A DNA stretch of 64,000 bases from Octopus sinensis (GCF_006345805.1 NC_043006.1:88660001-88724000), one strand, 5' to 3'; shown: positions 36,425-53,510, numbered from the stretch's first letter. The notes: generated by a model not told the origin, from the sequence alone. Numbers and translations: made by a program.

Positions 36425-37435
36425 CTTCTAAAGGTCATCCTGAATCAGCTTGCCTGATACATAGAACATCGTCAGGTGCTCACAGTCCTCAGTAAATCGG
36501 GCAAAGCGATTGGTGGAAGTTCCATAGAGTGTTGGTGGTGGGCAAGTGCCACGAAGCTCTCGGGAAAAATCTGGGCGTCGACGAAAATCAACTGGCTGGT
36601 CTGATCCGAAAGACTCTTGGACCGGGACCCATAGATAACTTCCAAAAATCTCCGGGCTGGCAGTCCTAACATAGAGCATTGCTGATTCAGGATAAACTCT
36701 ACAGGCATGAAAATGCCGTCAGCTGGGATTGCCCGAGATGCGTGAGAGCGACGAAATGGTTCTGCACGCTCTCGTACAATGTCCGAGCATTTCTGACTTG
36801 TGGGTTTATGTCGGACACCTGCTGTCGCATGTAGCACGGATCCAGCTATCGGCTGAATCCATTCTGAAGATAGTTCCATTATCTTCCTTCGGCTGGAAAG
36901 TTTATGCATTGTTTATTTATCTGGTGGCGTTAGCGAAAGTGGTTGCATGGTGGGCAAGATTTAAAGGTTTGAAGACATTCGTCTTTCGCCAAACTTTTCC
37001 TCTCTGGTCAAGCGTTCGTCAACTTTTTTCAAGCTTCACTTGAAAAGGAAACTGAGAGTGGAGAGAAAAGTGTTGCCTTCCATAAATTTTATTGAAAGGT
37101 GGGTGAATGCAATCAGAATGGTCCGACTGAACGAGCGTACTCTAAGCATGCGCATGTAGATTAACGGAGGAAGAAGTGGAGGGGCATTGGCACTAGTGGA
37201 CGCGACGACCGTGGTTTTGTGCAGTCTCCACGAGCAGCCCTACGAAGCCTTCAGTTTTTGTGGAAAATTTCGTTCTTAAAATGTATATTGTAATTGCTTT
37301 TTTTACTGTTTACATTCTTCAGTTTATGTAAACTCACGATGTATTGTCTTGTACTATCTTGTACCAGTTTTACAGTGGGATTGATGTAATCGGTTGTTCC
37401 TTTCTCTCTGAAAGTAGAAAGGAATATTATTATTA

Positions 37436-37440
<5 letters not shown>
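36425..37440 (+). mobile_element. 5'-truncated Tx1/L1-clade LINE 3' end (zf-RVT region)
   Basis: ALLIQDKL...CPRC..SDEMVLHALVQCP..SDLW zinc knuckle; GC-richer than flanks; 3' UTR ends in (ATT)n. Confidence 0.7.
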
Positions 37441-37497
<57 letters not shown>

Positions 37498-38189
37498 AAT
37501 CTTAAACTTCTTTCAATTTTCTTTCTATTTCTTGCCGAGTGTCTCTTCGATACAGAATCTCACTGTATACATTGATAGGCCATTAAAATAAACACACATG
37601 CATTTACAAAATCAAAAAGAAAAGTTACGTAGAAAAATATCATTTAGATGGATGGTAATTGTCAAAACAATCTTTTCACTTCTTGCAAGGATGGTAAGCC
37701 ACAGATCGCCCTCAAATAATGTTTTCAGTTCCTTTTTTGATCGCGTCTAGTTCTCCTACAATCACTGGCATTGTAACTGCTTGAGATGCCACTTCTGTTT
37801 TCAATGTACAAATCTTTATATTTTCTGGATTTGTCAAATTCTTTTACCGAAATATTATGATCACAAGGGATTCTGATATCGATAATAAACTGACATTATT
37901 ATTTTGGTCTTTTACAACAATATCAAGTTTATTAGCTTGCATGGTTCTATCTCTGTATACAGTAAAGTCAGAGTGACGTTTGTATCACTTGTCAACAAGC
38001 CTGATTTTATAATGCCGACATATTAACCGTGTAGATGTTGGCCGCCTATGTCATGTCTTAATTTAGACTTCACCGGCTCTCAAACTTTCCGTCTAAAGAT
38101 TAAGTGATCAATTATTTCAGTCTCATGATTATTGTGTCATTGTTATTATCATTATATGAAAACCCACAGCTTATTTTGCTAGGTATGAT

Positions 38190-40040
38190 GGAAAGTGTCA
38201 GCTGTCCACAGCCAGCAAATTAAAGAGACACTTGTTAACTGGTCATGCTTCAAGAACCCTGCGAAAAATTCTTGCAGTTCAAAGCAATGCTGATTTTTAT
38301 AGGTGTTCTACCTTCACACTTGCACCAATATTTTTCAGCTATGTTGGTAGTTGAGTGCTGATATTTCAAAGTGCACCAATTATTATTGGTATCACGTCTA
38401 TTCTCTTCATTGTCCACAACATTCGTATTTCCCACTTCAAATCGTCATAGTCGCTCAGTTTTTCTTCTTTCACATTGATCTTGTTGTCAGCGGGACATGC
38501 TATGCCAATTATCAGACTTGTTCCTTCTTTTTTATTCACCATAACAATGTCCAGTTTCCAATGTCTGGTAAGGTGATCGCACTGGATCGTTGCATCCCAC
38601 AGGATTTTGCAATTCTCATTTTCGGTGACTCCTTATGGAGTTTGTTCATACCATGTCTTTGCTCTTTGTAGGCTGTGATTTCCACAGAGCTCCCAATGGA
38701 TCATTCCTGCCACATTGTCATGGCGTCTTTTGTATCCACGTTGTGCCAATTTCGGGAATTTGCTAACGATGTGCCATATCGTTTAACCAATCTCACCACG
38801 CATTCTGCATTTGTCGCTATCGGTAGTGTTGTTTATTCTACACTTCGTATAATTGGTCCTTAATGCTTGCTCCTGAGCTGCGCATGTGAGTGCTTCTGTC
38901 GCTATCTTCAGGTCATCCATCCTCAACCATAGCAACCGGTCTTCTGTATCTGTCTTGACGTTCACATTTCTTGCAAACTAACCGTACATTTTCTTTTCTT
39001 TCCATGCTTTTTTCCCTTTATTGTTAATTTTTTGTTTAAATTTTTCTTTAGTTACACAATTATCAGTGTTGATGACGCTGGCCTTCTCGTGCGTTTCAAA
39101 CATTGACTCCACGGCATTTCTATATACCACCCTAAGTTGTTTTTCTCTGCTTCGATACAGTCCTGGCAACTGATCACACCTCTCCCACCCTTTCTTCTGG
39201 ATAAGTACAGCCTATCGTTGTTACTCTTAGGGTGGAAGGCTCCGTGTACAGTCAACATCTTTGTGACCTCGGTAACCATTTTCTTAATATCTCTCTTTTG
39301 CCATTTTATAATTCCCACTCCATACCGAAGTGATGCTATCGCCCACATATTAACTGCTTGGATTTTATTCCATTCAGTCCATTTTGAGCGCAACACCAAC
39401 CTCAGTATTCGGAAGTACTCCATCCTCTGTTGCTCTTTCATTTCTTTTTTCCATTGAATTCTAATACAATAAGGTATCTGTATCCTTCTGTTTCAATTTG
39501 CTTAATCAAATCTCTATTCGATAATTCTATCCCTGCTAGGGACTGTACCTTGCCTCATTTTAGGTAGATTATTCTGCACTTCTTGAGTCCAAATTCCATT
39601 CTAACATCATTACTAAAACAGTGAACCGTGTACACCAAGGAACTCACTTGTGTCTCATCTTTACCATACAGTTTCAAATCATCCATGAAGAGGAGATGGT
39701 TGATTGTTTGGGATTTTTCGTTTAGTTGGTACCCCAGGTTCATTTTCCTAAGTACCAAGGCCAGGGGTATCATGCAGAGAACAAAAAGCAACGGAGATAG
39801 GCTATCACCCTGGAAAAACCCTCTTCGGATATCTGGGGTGCCCAAGCTTTTTCTGTAAGATGTCAGTTCAGTTTTTCCTCCCACCATACTTCCCTTCAAG
39901 AAACATTCCTTGCAATTCCAAAGAGGTCTAAGCACTCGATGATCTACGAATGCGGAATCATATCATAAGCTTTGCGAAAGTCAATACAGGCCATTCCCAG
40001 ATTCGTTCACCTGTCTTTAGAATCTTGCATTACCAGTTTG
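38190..40040 (-). mobile_element. Dong/R4-like LINE (RT to REL), decayed
   Basis: RRGFFQGDSLSPLLFVLCMIPL, HLLFMDDLKLY, EFGLKKC, RLYLSRRKGGRG, CAAQEQALRTN, CRMRGE. Confidence 0.85.
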
Positions 40041-40394
40041 TCTAACAATGCAGTAATCCATCGCCATATCGCGGTTCACCTATTGCGGTTTATTATTTAA
40101 GCTTACGTCGATTCCTCTGTGGTGTTGTTTTACATGTATAATAAGATAAATATATACAAATTATAAAAATAACAAAAAAGTAGACAGTACAGTACTGTAT
40201 CTTCTTCACAGATTTTCACCTATCACGGTGGATTTTGGAATGTAACACCCGCGATAGTCGAGGAATTACTGTAGTGGAACTTTGGTACATCTGCATCTCC
40301 TTCTGCAGCCGTTTTATTCTGACGGTAATATCTCGTTCTCATCAAGAAATCTATACAGTTCTGCAATTCCTCCTGACAGACATATTATTATTAC

Positions 40395-40452
<58 letters not shown>

Positions 40453-41007
40453 GAGTGAGCGAGCAGAGCATGCCATCAAAGTGACACTGGGGTAAAATAT
40501 ACGAAGCCCAGTATACCCATCATGACTACCCGTCTGATAAGGGTACACCAGGCACATGCATCACAACCATATGTGCGCGACATGGTGATCTCATATCAAG
40601 ATAAACAGCACATGACCTTGCAGGTGGAGCCCAGTTAGAATTTTCTTCAGATCGAGTAACCCATCCCGCTCAAAAGGTCCCTGAATAAGGGTTGTTTAAG
40701 GACGTTGAACGAAACACCCATGTTTCCAAAGGTGAATTATTCAAACCCCAAAGAATCCTCCTCAACACATGGCTATGATGCTCCCCCACTACTTCTACTC
40801 GTGATCAGAGATGCACATATCGTCAGCCACTAAGGGACATGCTCAACTGGTTAAGGTCAAACAACTGACAAGCAAATCTGTGGCATTGAGCAGAATATTT
40901 GCTGTAGCCCATCTTTTATACCAAGACAAAACAATGTACATGATAACACTTCCAATCAGTTAAGATCAGAAGCCATGAGAGCCACTGCCTGGTACTGCAT
41001 CAGGGCA
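40453..41007 (-). mobile_element. 555-bp ORF-less retroposon, longest copy
   Basis: (TTA)n on both sides; ~90%+ similar (by eye) to 48001-48533, 48636-49168 and 49943-50396. Confidence 0.85.
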
Positions 41008-41030
41008 TTTTATTATTATTATTATTATTA

Positions 41031-41081
<51 letters not shown>

Positions 41082-41122
41082 TATTATTATATTATTACTA
41101 TTACTATTACTATTACTATTAC

Positions 41123-41178
<56 letters not shown>

Positions 41179-41186
41179 TATTATTA

Positions 41187-41230
<44 letters not shown>

Positions 41231-41297
41231 TATTATTATATTATTATTATTATTATTATTACTATTACTATTACTATTACTATTACTATTATTATTA

Positions 41298-41344
<47 letters not shown>

Positions 41345-41412
41345 ATTATTATTATATTATTATTATTATTTATTATTATTATATATTATTATATTATTAT
41401 ATTATTATTATA

Positions 41413-41475
<63 letters not shown>

Positions 41476-41516
41476 TACTATTACTATTATTATTATCATT
41501 ATTATTATTATTATTA

Positions 41517-41567
<51 letters not shown>

Positions 41568-41575
41568 TATTATTA

Positions 41576-41625
<50 letters not shown>

Positions 41626-41633
41626 TATTATTA

Positions 41634-41680
<47 letters not shown>

Positions 41681-41703
41681 TATATTATATTATTATTATA
41701 TTA

Positions 41704-41734
<31 letters not shown>

Positions 41735-41740
41735 TACTTT
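41008..41740. repeat. ~730-bp imperfect (TTA)n array
   Basis: Directly visible, with interspersed TTACTA blocks and phase slips. Confidence 0.95.
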
Positions 41741-41744
41741 TAAT

Positions 41745-44955
<3,211 letters not shown>

Positions 44956-44966
44956 TTATTATTATT

Positions 44967-45476
44967 ATTCAGTAGTTTTATTTTTATTGCATGCTTTCAC
45001 TTCACTACCGAGCGCAGCTCTGTGTGCCTTGGGTATGTGCTGTGATTTGTTGTGATGCTCTGATGGTTATTGTATGGAAAGTGTTCTGCGTAGGATGTGT
45101 GCAGTGCCTAGTAGTGCAATTTTCTGTATGTTATATGTGTTATAGATTTCACTTTCTAGTTACCTCTATTTCCAGGTCTTTGTATTTTGAGAGTTTCTCC
45201 ATTTCTTTTAGAGACACGTTGTCATCTGCTGGTATTGATACATCAATTAGAAAGCATTTTTTTCTTCATGATCTCTGACAACTATATCTGGTCTGTTGGC
45301 CTTAATTTCTCTATCTGTGTGTATCGGCATATCCCAGAGTATGGTTGCTTTCTCGTTTTCTGTGACCTTTTCTGGTGTGTGCCTATACCATCTTTTTTCT
45401 GTTGTTATTCCATAATGTTGGCATACCTTCCAATGTATGTATGTTCCAACTCTGTCATGTCTGTGAATATATTCCT
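44967..45476 (-). mobile_element. Dong/R4-like LINE 3' end with internal deletion
   Basis: Near-duplicate of 45921-46460. Confidence 0.85.
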
Positions 45477-45497
45477 ATTATAATAATAATAATAATA

Positions 45498-45530
<33 letters not shown>

Positions 45531-45550
45531 TTTTTTTTATTACTATTACT

Positions 45551-45627
<77 letters not shown>

Positions 45628-45679
45628 TAATACCATTACTGTTACTGTTATTGTTATTGTTACTGTTATTGTTATCATT

Positions 45680-45830
45680 ATGTTTGACTTTTCCTTTGTA
45701 TTTGCACAAGTTGGCTCTAAGTCTCACCCAGAGACCTCAAGAGACAACAGGTTGGAAGTTCACGTTCTTGTTATGCCTAGTGTGCCATATATTTGGGGTT
45801 TTTTTTGGTGTTGTACTAGTGAATTTCTAA
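45680..45830 (-). mobile_element. Isolated 3' UTR of the 44140 family
   Basis: atgtttgactt...gtctcacccagagacctcaagagacaacaggttggaag matches 44151-44235. Confidence 0.7.
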
Positions 45831-45876
45831 TAAATAATTTTTTTAAAACATATTATTATTATTATTATTATTATTA

Positions 45877-45920
<44 letters not shown>

Positions 45921-45926
<6 letters not shown>

Positions 45927-46790
45927 TAGTATATTTTTATATCGTGCTTTCACTTCACTACCGAGCGCAGCTCTGTGTGCCTTGGGTATGTGCTGTGATT
46001 TGTTGTGATGCTCTGATGGTTATTGTATGGAAAGTGTTCTGCGTAGGATGTGTGCAGTGCCTAGTAGTGCAATTTTCTGTATGTTATATGTGTTTGTAAG
46101 TCCTGGTGTTTTTGTTATGTATTTGTCTGAATATTTTTTTATCATGCCTAATGCACCTATTATGATAGGAATTGTTTCTGTTTTTAGATTCCACATTCTG
46201 GTTACCTCTATTTCCAGGTCTTTGTATTTTGAAAGTTTCTCCATTTCTTTTAGAGACACGTTGTCATCCGCTGGCATTGATACATCAATTAAAAAACATT
46301 TTTTTCTTCATGATCTCTGACAACTATATCTGGTCTGTTGGCCTTAATTTCTCTATCTGTGTGTATCGGCATATCCCAGAGTATGGTTGCTTTCTCGTTT
46401 TCTGTGACATTTTCTGGTGTGTGCCTATACCATCTTTTTTCTGTTGTTATTCCATAATGTTGGCATAGTTTCCAGTGTATATAGGTCCCAACTCTGTCGT
46501 GTCTGTGAATATATTCCTTCTTAGCCAGGACTGGGCAGCTAGAGATAATATGATTTATTGTTTCTTGTCCATCTCCACATATTCTGCAGTTACTTGTTAT
46601 ATTTCTTTTCATTACATGTTTTTGGTAATTTCTGGTGGGGAGGCTTTGGTCTTGTGCTGAAATTAAAAATTCTTCTTCTCTGCTTTGAGTCCTGAGCTTT
46701 TCAACCATTGTTGGGATTTTTCTTTGTCTATTTCTTTTGCATTTAGTTTAGTCCAGTATTTGCCATGAAGGGGCTTTTCTTGACATCGTT
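45921..46790 (-). mobile_element. Dong/R4-like LINE 3' end (CCHC plus REL), one frameshift
   Basis: ORFs 46289-46708 (AQDQSLPTRN, CRICG..INHIISSC, RHDRVG, LWDMPIHTD, NRPD) and 46020-46277. Confidence 0.9.
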
Positions 46791-47025
46791 TTATCATGGT
46801 TCGTTGCTGTTCTATTTTAATTTGGATTTCATTTGTTTTATAGCTTTTGTTGTTTCTTCATCTTCTTCTTCTTCTTCTTCTTCTTCTTCTTCTTCTTCTT
46901 CTTTTTCTTCTTCTTCTTCTTCTTCTTCTTCTTCTTCTTTTTCTTCATATTTGTTAGGTGGTATGATTTCTTGTTTGTATTTGTCAGCTTCCTTATTATT
47001 ATTATTATTATAATTATTATTATTA

Positions 47026-47076
<51 letters not shown>

Positions 47077-47084
47077 GGTGGCCT

Positions 47085-47900
47085 TAGTACCTGTAACCTG
47101 AGGTATTCACAAGATCGATTTTGCCTTTTATCCTTGCGAGGTCGATAAAATAAGTACCAGTTGAACACTGGCGTCGATGTAATAGATTTATCCCCTCCCC
47201 TAAGATTGCAGCCTTTGGGACAAAATTTGAAACAATTATTATTATTAAAATTAATGTCATCATGAAGGCGGTGAGCTGGCAGAATTGTTAGGACGCTGGG
47301 CGAAATACTTAGTGGTATTTCATCTACCGCTACATTCTGAGTTCAAATTCCGCCAAGGTCGACTTGGCCTTTCATCTTTTCTAGGTCGATGAAATAACTA
47401 CCAGTTACACATTGGGGTCGATATAATCGACTAGCCCTTCCTCCAAAATTTCCAAGGCCTTGTGCCTAGAGTAGAATTAATATTTATTATCATCACTATT
47501 ATTATTATAAAGGTCACGAGCTGGCAGAAACGTTAGCACGCCGGGCGAAATGCGTAGCCGTATTTCGTCTGCTGTTACGTTCTGAGTTCAAATTCCGCCG
47601 AGGTCGACTTTGCCTTTCATCCTTTCGGGATCTATTAAATAAGTACCAGTTACGCACTGGCGTCGATATAATCGACTTAATCCGTTTGTCTCTCCTTGTT
47701 TGTCCTCTCTGTGTTTAGCCCCTTGTAGGTAGTAAAGAAATAGATATTTCGTCTACTACAACGTTCAAATTCCGCCGAGGTCGACTATGTCTTTCATCCT
47801 CTCGGAGTCGATAAATTAAGTACCAGTGAAACACTGCGGTCGATGAAATCGACTATCTCCCTCCCCGAAATTTCACTCATTGTGCCTTGAGTAAAAAAGA
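47085..47900 (+). mobile_element. Cluster of SINE family C copies including a head+dimer
   Basis: Heads at ~47265 and ~47510; body units ~47560 and ~47743. Confidence 0.85.
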
Positions 47901-47929
47901 TATTATTATTATTGCTGCTGTTGTTGTTA

Positions 47930-48000
<71 letters not shown>

Positions 48001-48533
48001 GAGTGAGAGAGCAGTGCATGCCATCAAAGTGACACTGGGGTAAAATATACGAAGCTCAGTATACCCATCATGACTACCCGTCTGATAAGGGTACACCAGG
48101 CACATGCATCACAACCAGATGTGCGCGACATGGTGATCTCATATCAAGATAAAGAGCGCATGACCTTGCAGGTGGGGCCCAGTTAGAATTTTCTTCTGGT
48201 CGAGTAGCCCATCTCGTTCAAAAGGTCCCTGAATAAGGATTGTTTGAGGATGTTGAAAGAACCACCCATGTTTCCAAATGTGAATTATCTAAACCTCTAA
48301 GAGTTCCTCTCAACACACGGTTATGATGCTCCCCCACTACTTCTGCTCGTGATCAGTGATGCACATATCGTCAGCCACTAAGGGACATGCTCAACTGGTT
48401 AAGGTCAAACAACTGACAAGCAAATCTGTGGTATTGAGCAGAATATTTGCTGTAACCCATCTTTTATACCAAAACAAAACAATGTACATGATAACACTTC
48501 GAATCAGTTAAGTTGAGAAGCCATGAGAGCCAC
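48001..48533 (-). mobile_element. 555-bp retroposon copy 2 (5'-truncated)
   Basis: Matches 40453-40985. Confidence 0.85.
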
Positions 48534-48579
48534 ATTGTTGCTGTTCTTCTTCTTCTTCTTCTTATCATCATCATCATCA

Positions 48580-48635
<56 letters not shown>

Positions 48636-49168
48636 GAGTGAGAGAGCAGTGCATGCCATCAAAGTGACACTGGGGTAAAATATACGAAGCCCAATATACC
48701 CATCATGACTACCCGTCTGATAAGGGTACACCAGGCACATGCATCACAACCATATGTGCGCGACATGGTAATCTCATATCAAGATAAACAGCACATGACC
48801 TTGCAGGTGGGGCCCAGTTAGAATTTTCTTCAGGTTGAGTAGCCCATCCCGCTCAAAAGGTCCCTGAATAAGGGTTGTTTAAGGATGTTGAAAGAACCAC
48901 CCATGTTTCCAGAGGTGAATTATTCAAACCCCAAAGAATCCCTCTCAACACATGGCTATGATGCTCCCCCACTACTTCTGCTCGTGATCAGAGATGCACA
49001 TATCGTCAGCCACTAAGGGACATGCTCAACTGGTTAAGGTCAAACAACTGACAAGCAAATCTGTGGTATTGAGCAGAATATTTGCTGTAGCCCATCTTTT
49101 ATACCAAAACAAAACAATGTACATGATAACACTTCCAATCAGTTAAGTTGAGAAGCCATGAGAGCCAC
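48636..49168 (-). mobile_element. 555-bp retroposon copy 3 (same truncation as copy 2)
   Basis: Same end point and same flank attgttgctgtt...(ctt)n(cat)n as copy 2. Confidence 0.85.
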
Positions 49169-49223
49169 ATTGTTGCTGTTGTTGTTCTTCTTCTTCTTCT
49201 TATCATCATCATCATCATCATCA

Positions 49224-49287
<64 letters not shown>

Positions 49288-49289
49288 AT

Positions 49290-49930
49290 GTTTGTTAGTT
49301 TCAGGCAAATTTCTACTGCATCCTTTTCTACATATTCGTGTTGCTGGGATGTGTGCACCATTGTCTGTTCGTTTCAGATAGTTGGAGGTGAGTGCTAACT
49401 CTTCCCGGTATTGTATTGCGTCGGTTTGTTTTGTTATCCCGTCTGGTTGCAGTCTTTTGTTGAATTATTGGTTGTGTTTTGAGTTGTATTGTGTGTGTTA
49501 TGCGATTCGTGTTGTTTTGAGTATCGCGCCTGTAGAGTACATGTTGTGGTAGTTGTTTATTTTTGGGGATGTTTGCTGTATATAGTGTGCCTTGTGTTTG
49601 CGAATAGATTTGTTTGTGTTGTATTTTTGAATTGATAGCGTTTTGCGTAGGATGTGGGCTGTTCGTAGTAGGACTGTGTATTGAGCAGTGTGTAGTGTTG
49701 ACGGTATAGCTTCTACGTTGCTGTTCATATGTTTCTTTGTTTGTTTTTATCACGCCCAGTGCCTCCATTATTACTGGTGTTGTTCTCATCTGCATGCCCC
49801 ACACCATGAATACTTCAATTTGTACTTTGAGAATTTTCCCACTTCTTTTGAGGCAATATTTTGGTTTGAAGAGACTGCAATGTCTATCAGTAAACAGGTG
49901 TTTTTTATTTCTTTGTCAGTTCGAACAGGT
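49290..49930 (-). mobile_element. Decayed Dong/R4-like LINE 3' end
   Basis: TPVIMEALGVIK, TVLLRTAHILRKTLSIQ. Confidence 0.7.
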
Positions 49931-49942
49931 ATTATTATTATT

Positions 49943-50393
49943 GAGTGAGAGAGCAGTGCATGCCATCAAAGTGACACTGGGGTAAAATATACGAAGCCCA
50001 ATATACCCATCATGACTACCCGTCTGATAAGGATACACCAGGCACATGCATCACAACCATGTGTGCGCGACATGGTGATCTCATAAAAAGATAAACAGCG
50101 CATGACCTTGCAGGTGGGGCCCAGTTAGAATTTTCTTGTGGTCGAGTAGCCCATCCCGCTCAAACGGTCCCTGAATAAGGGTTGTTTGAGGATGTTGAAA
50201 GAACCACCCATGTTTCCAGAGGTGAATTATTCAAACCCCAAAGAATCCCTCTCAACACATAGCTATGATGCTCCCCCACTACTTCTGCTCGTGATCAGTG
50301 ATGCACATATCGTCAGCCACTAAGAGACATGCTCAACTGGTTAAAGTCAAACAACTGACAAGCAAATCTGTGGCATTGAGCAGAATATTTGCT

Positions 50394-50396
<3 letters not shown>
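49943..50396 (-). mobile_element. 555-bp retroposon copy 4 (more 5'-truncated)
   Basis: Matches 40453-40905; (TTA)n on both sides. Confidence 0.85.
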
Positions 50397-50444
<48 letters not shown>

Positions 50445-50599
50445 TATTATTATTATTAACATCATCATCACCATTGTGATCATCATTGTAATTCGTAAAT
50501 AACGATATTATACATTATTTATTGAAGGACACCTTTGTTTCTTTTTATTTTGGGTTTTTTTCCCACATATTTGAATTAAACAGTCTTAAACATTTTATG

Positions 50600-51590
50600 G
50601 ATAATGTTTACTCAATAAAGGGTCTTTAGAAGAAGAGTATTATTTGGGGTTCTGCGATACGTAGATTGCTTGCCTTTCAATCACTAGTGTTAGAGAGGCA
50701 TGTTTAACTAGATTTCATCTTATATTGAAAGGAATCCCACCTTCTTTCAATTTCCTTAATAAACCAAGTCCAATTATTTCTAAAAGAATATTCATGCGGT
50801 TAAAATCCGGTAGACAAGAAAGAAGTGACACCCATGTAAATTTAATAACGCTGCAACTAAAAACTGTGTTTTTAGTTGATTAATTAAACATTGAACTGAT
50901 GTATTACAAGTTCGGTTAGGTGTGGCACAATTAATAGTTCAGTAAATCTTAGCCAAGTTAGAATAAATAATGTTATACGCAATATTAGGAGCAACAGAAT
51001 AAAATAGTTGAACAGTATTTTATTAAAGCTACAGTAGTATTGCTAATGAGGTAGGGGGATTTTTCCTTAAGGTAGAGAAGATTTTGGTGACAGAGGTAGA
51101 AACATCTAAACTGATAAGAGAACGTACATTTCTTTTCCGATTTGAACCACCTTTAGAAACATATCGGAATTTTTCATATCAGTTAACACTAGAGCCTATA
51201 ATAGTGAGCAATATCTTTAAAAAATGTTCGTTAGCAGCTCTATTAGGTAATCTAAGCGGAATGGTTTAATAAGATTATTAATATAGATCGAGGTATTTGG
51301 AAAACTTATGGACTAGATTCAAAGAGTTATATACAGAAGATACCATTTGAAAGGTTTCAAATAACATCAAGGAAATTTAAAACAAGCGGTTTTTCAATAG
51401 TGATAAAAATTTAATCATTAAAGAATAAATGTTTCTTTCTGTCTGTTGTGGGATTATATGTCTGAAAAAACCGTTGTCGTGATACAAATAACTATTCAAT
51501 CACAGGTAATTTCTTCTTCGCTTTAAGACATCAAATCAGAAAATGTCCCCTCTTCGGCCAAATCAATGGTTCCCATGCTGATGTCGAAAG
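50600..51590 (-). mobile_element. Old decayed PLE RT/GIY-YIG, same lineage as the 55.7-58.0 kb element
   Basis: Minus fragments FDISMGTIDLAE, LYHDNG (cf. LYRDD), LNFLDVI*NLSNG, QIPRSI, NPP, YMGVTS. Confidence 0.6.
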
Positions 51591-51594
51591 GAGT

Positions 51595-52020
51595 TCTCTG
51601 AGATCACTGCACTCGCTGCTCCAAAATACATCATAAATATATTGCCATCCGGTGATTGTGAGAAGCTCAATCCAAATTGTCTACTTTACTTTTATGCTCT
51701 TCGTACCAGAATTGGCACCTTAAAGTTATGGAAAATTGCACTACCAGCAAGGAACAATGTCTGTACAGTAGGATGGACATGATCAACCAAAATACTAAGG
51801 TAAATCTTGGATTTAACTCTGTCATGTAGAACAACTAGAAATCCAAGAGAATTCTGTGATATGGGTGCCCAAATCATCACAGAGATACCTCCATGTTTCA
51901 AGGCTGAAGGCTTCTCTGGGCAGTCTTCAAAGATAAACTTACCCAGAAGCGGGAAAAGGGGGTAAATGTTGATTCAGCAGAGAAAATGACATTGTTCCTT
52001 TGAACTATTGATCACTTCTG
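51595..52020 (-). mobile_element. Tc1-like transposase fragment
   Basis: KHGGISVMIWAPIS...YLSILVDHV.P...AIF and QSPDGNI (cf. SPDLNPIE). Confidence 0.7.
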
Positions 52021-52759
52021 ATAGTCTACACACCTTTATCTCCCATTTGTCATTGTTGATGGGAGACAGGAAATTTTAAACAATTACAGTCTTCCCTAAT
52101 CGTCCAGCTTTGTGGAGCTCGCACGGTTTTAGTTGAAACAGGATTAGCAAAGGCGGGTATTTAGCTCTGCTGTCACATCTACCACGATAGTTTGATAAGA
52201 TTTGCCTTCCGTCCAGAATTATTCTTCCTGAGCTGGATTTACCTTGGTTTTGAAATGCAAACATGATTTTAGAGACTATCTCGTTCGAAATATTAAAGAA
52301 GTTTAGTAACTGAAGCTCTAGTGGTCTGAGCTTTGGAAATTCAATAGGTCATGAGTTTTAACTTATCTAAATATACATACAGAAAAAAAATGAGGATTAT
52401 ATTATGAAACACAAGACATACGTAATGCATATGAACATATATATACAAACCAGGACACTTTGAATTGGTGATATTGCTTATAGAAAAAGTAGTTAAATAG
52501 AAATCGTGTTTTATTTATTTTGTCTGCTCCCTGTATATCCTTATGTATTTATTCAATTATGTTTGTCCTTTGAGTTTTATTTAAGTTCTTGTTAAAAGAG
52601 TTCAAAACACTCACTAACAAAGTGACAAAACTTTATCAGTCAGGAGAGTTCCTAATATTTGTAAGTATGCGGTTTAGGTGGAGTGTTAGTTGAGCAAGTG
52701 AGTGCATCGATTCATCTTAAAAATCACAGATGGGGAATCCTTGGAAAGTCTCACAAATA

Positions 52760-53340
52760 TTCACTGTATCTTATGTTCTTTCTTCGAAAAACCTAGTATT
52801 TACACAAAAGCTTAGTATTTCTCAGTCTTGTGTAAATTTGGAGGTACATATCCTAATGCACTTACGATAAGTACAAATTTGAATTTATATTCAGGGTACA
52901 AATGCTGTAAGTTTTGCATTAATTCACAATAAATATTTTCTTTTTTCCCTATACTTTTGATGATAGATTCACAGCTACCGAGCCATTGACGTTTACAACA
53001 CTGCATGAAATTTGTTGCCTGTCTCACAAAACAAAATTAGATCTGTTATGTTTGCACTGAATTATTGATTTTATTGGAGTGTTACGCCAGTGTTCTTGGT
53101 TTTTAAAGGTGTCAATACATATTGGTTCTCACATGCCTTTGATGTATACGTCAGAGCTAATCTTCCTGCGGATAGTATTGTAAATGGTTTTTGCAACTAT
53201 ATCATGCCTCAAGAGTAAATAGTATCTCATAGATATCCTGGACCAGTTGCTGATGATGTGGGTGATATCTACCACACTTCTATAGCATAACCGACATTTT
53301 GTAATACAACGATGAGGTTTGGTAGTGTCTTTGTTGCTCT
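52760..53340 (-). mobile_element. REL-type LINE 3' fragment
   Basis: KCRLC...DITHIIS...RHDIVAK; KKENIYCELM..L..LYP.Y.F...IVSALG; abuts (TATG)n. Confidence 0.6.
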
Positions 53341-53346
53341 TTCTCT

Positions 53347-53510
53347 TGTATGTATGTATGTATGTATGTATGTATGTATGTATGTATGTATGTATGTATG
53401 TATGTATGTATGTACGTACGTACGTACGTATGTATGTATGTAGGTATGTATGTATGTATGTATGTATGTATGTATGTATGTATGTATGTATGTATGTATG
53501 TATGTATGCA
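53347..53510. repeat. (TATG)n microsatellite
   Basis: Directly visible. Confidence 0.95.

Noticed and set aside
40930-41007. HDV-like ribozyme at the 5' end of the 555-bp element
   Set aside because: A P3/L3-like piece exists, but no consistent P1, P1.1, P4 and P2 nested pseudoknot could be built by hand
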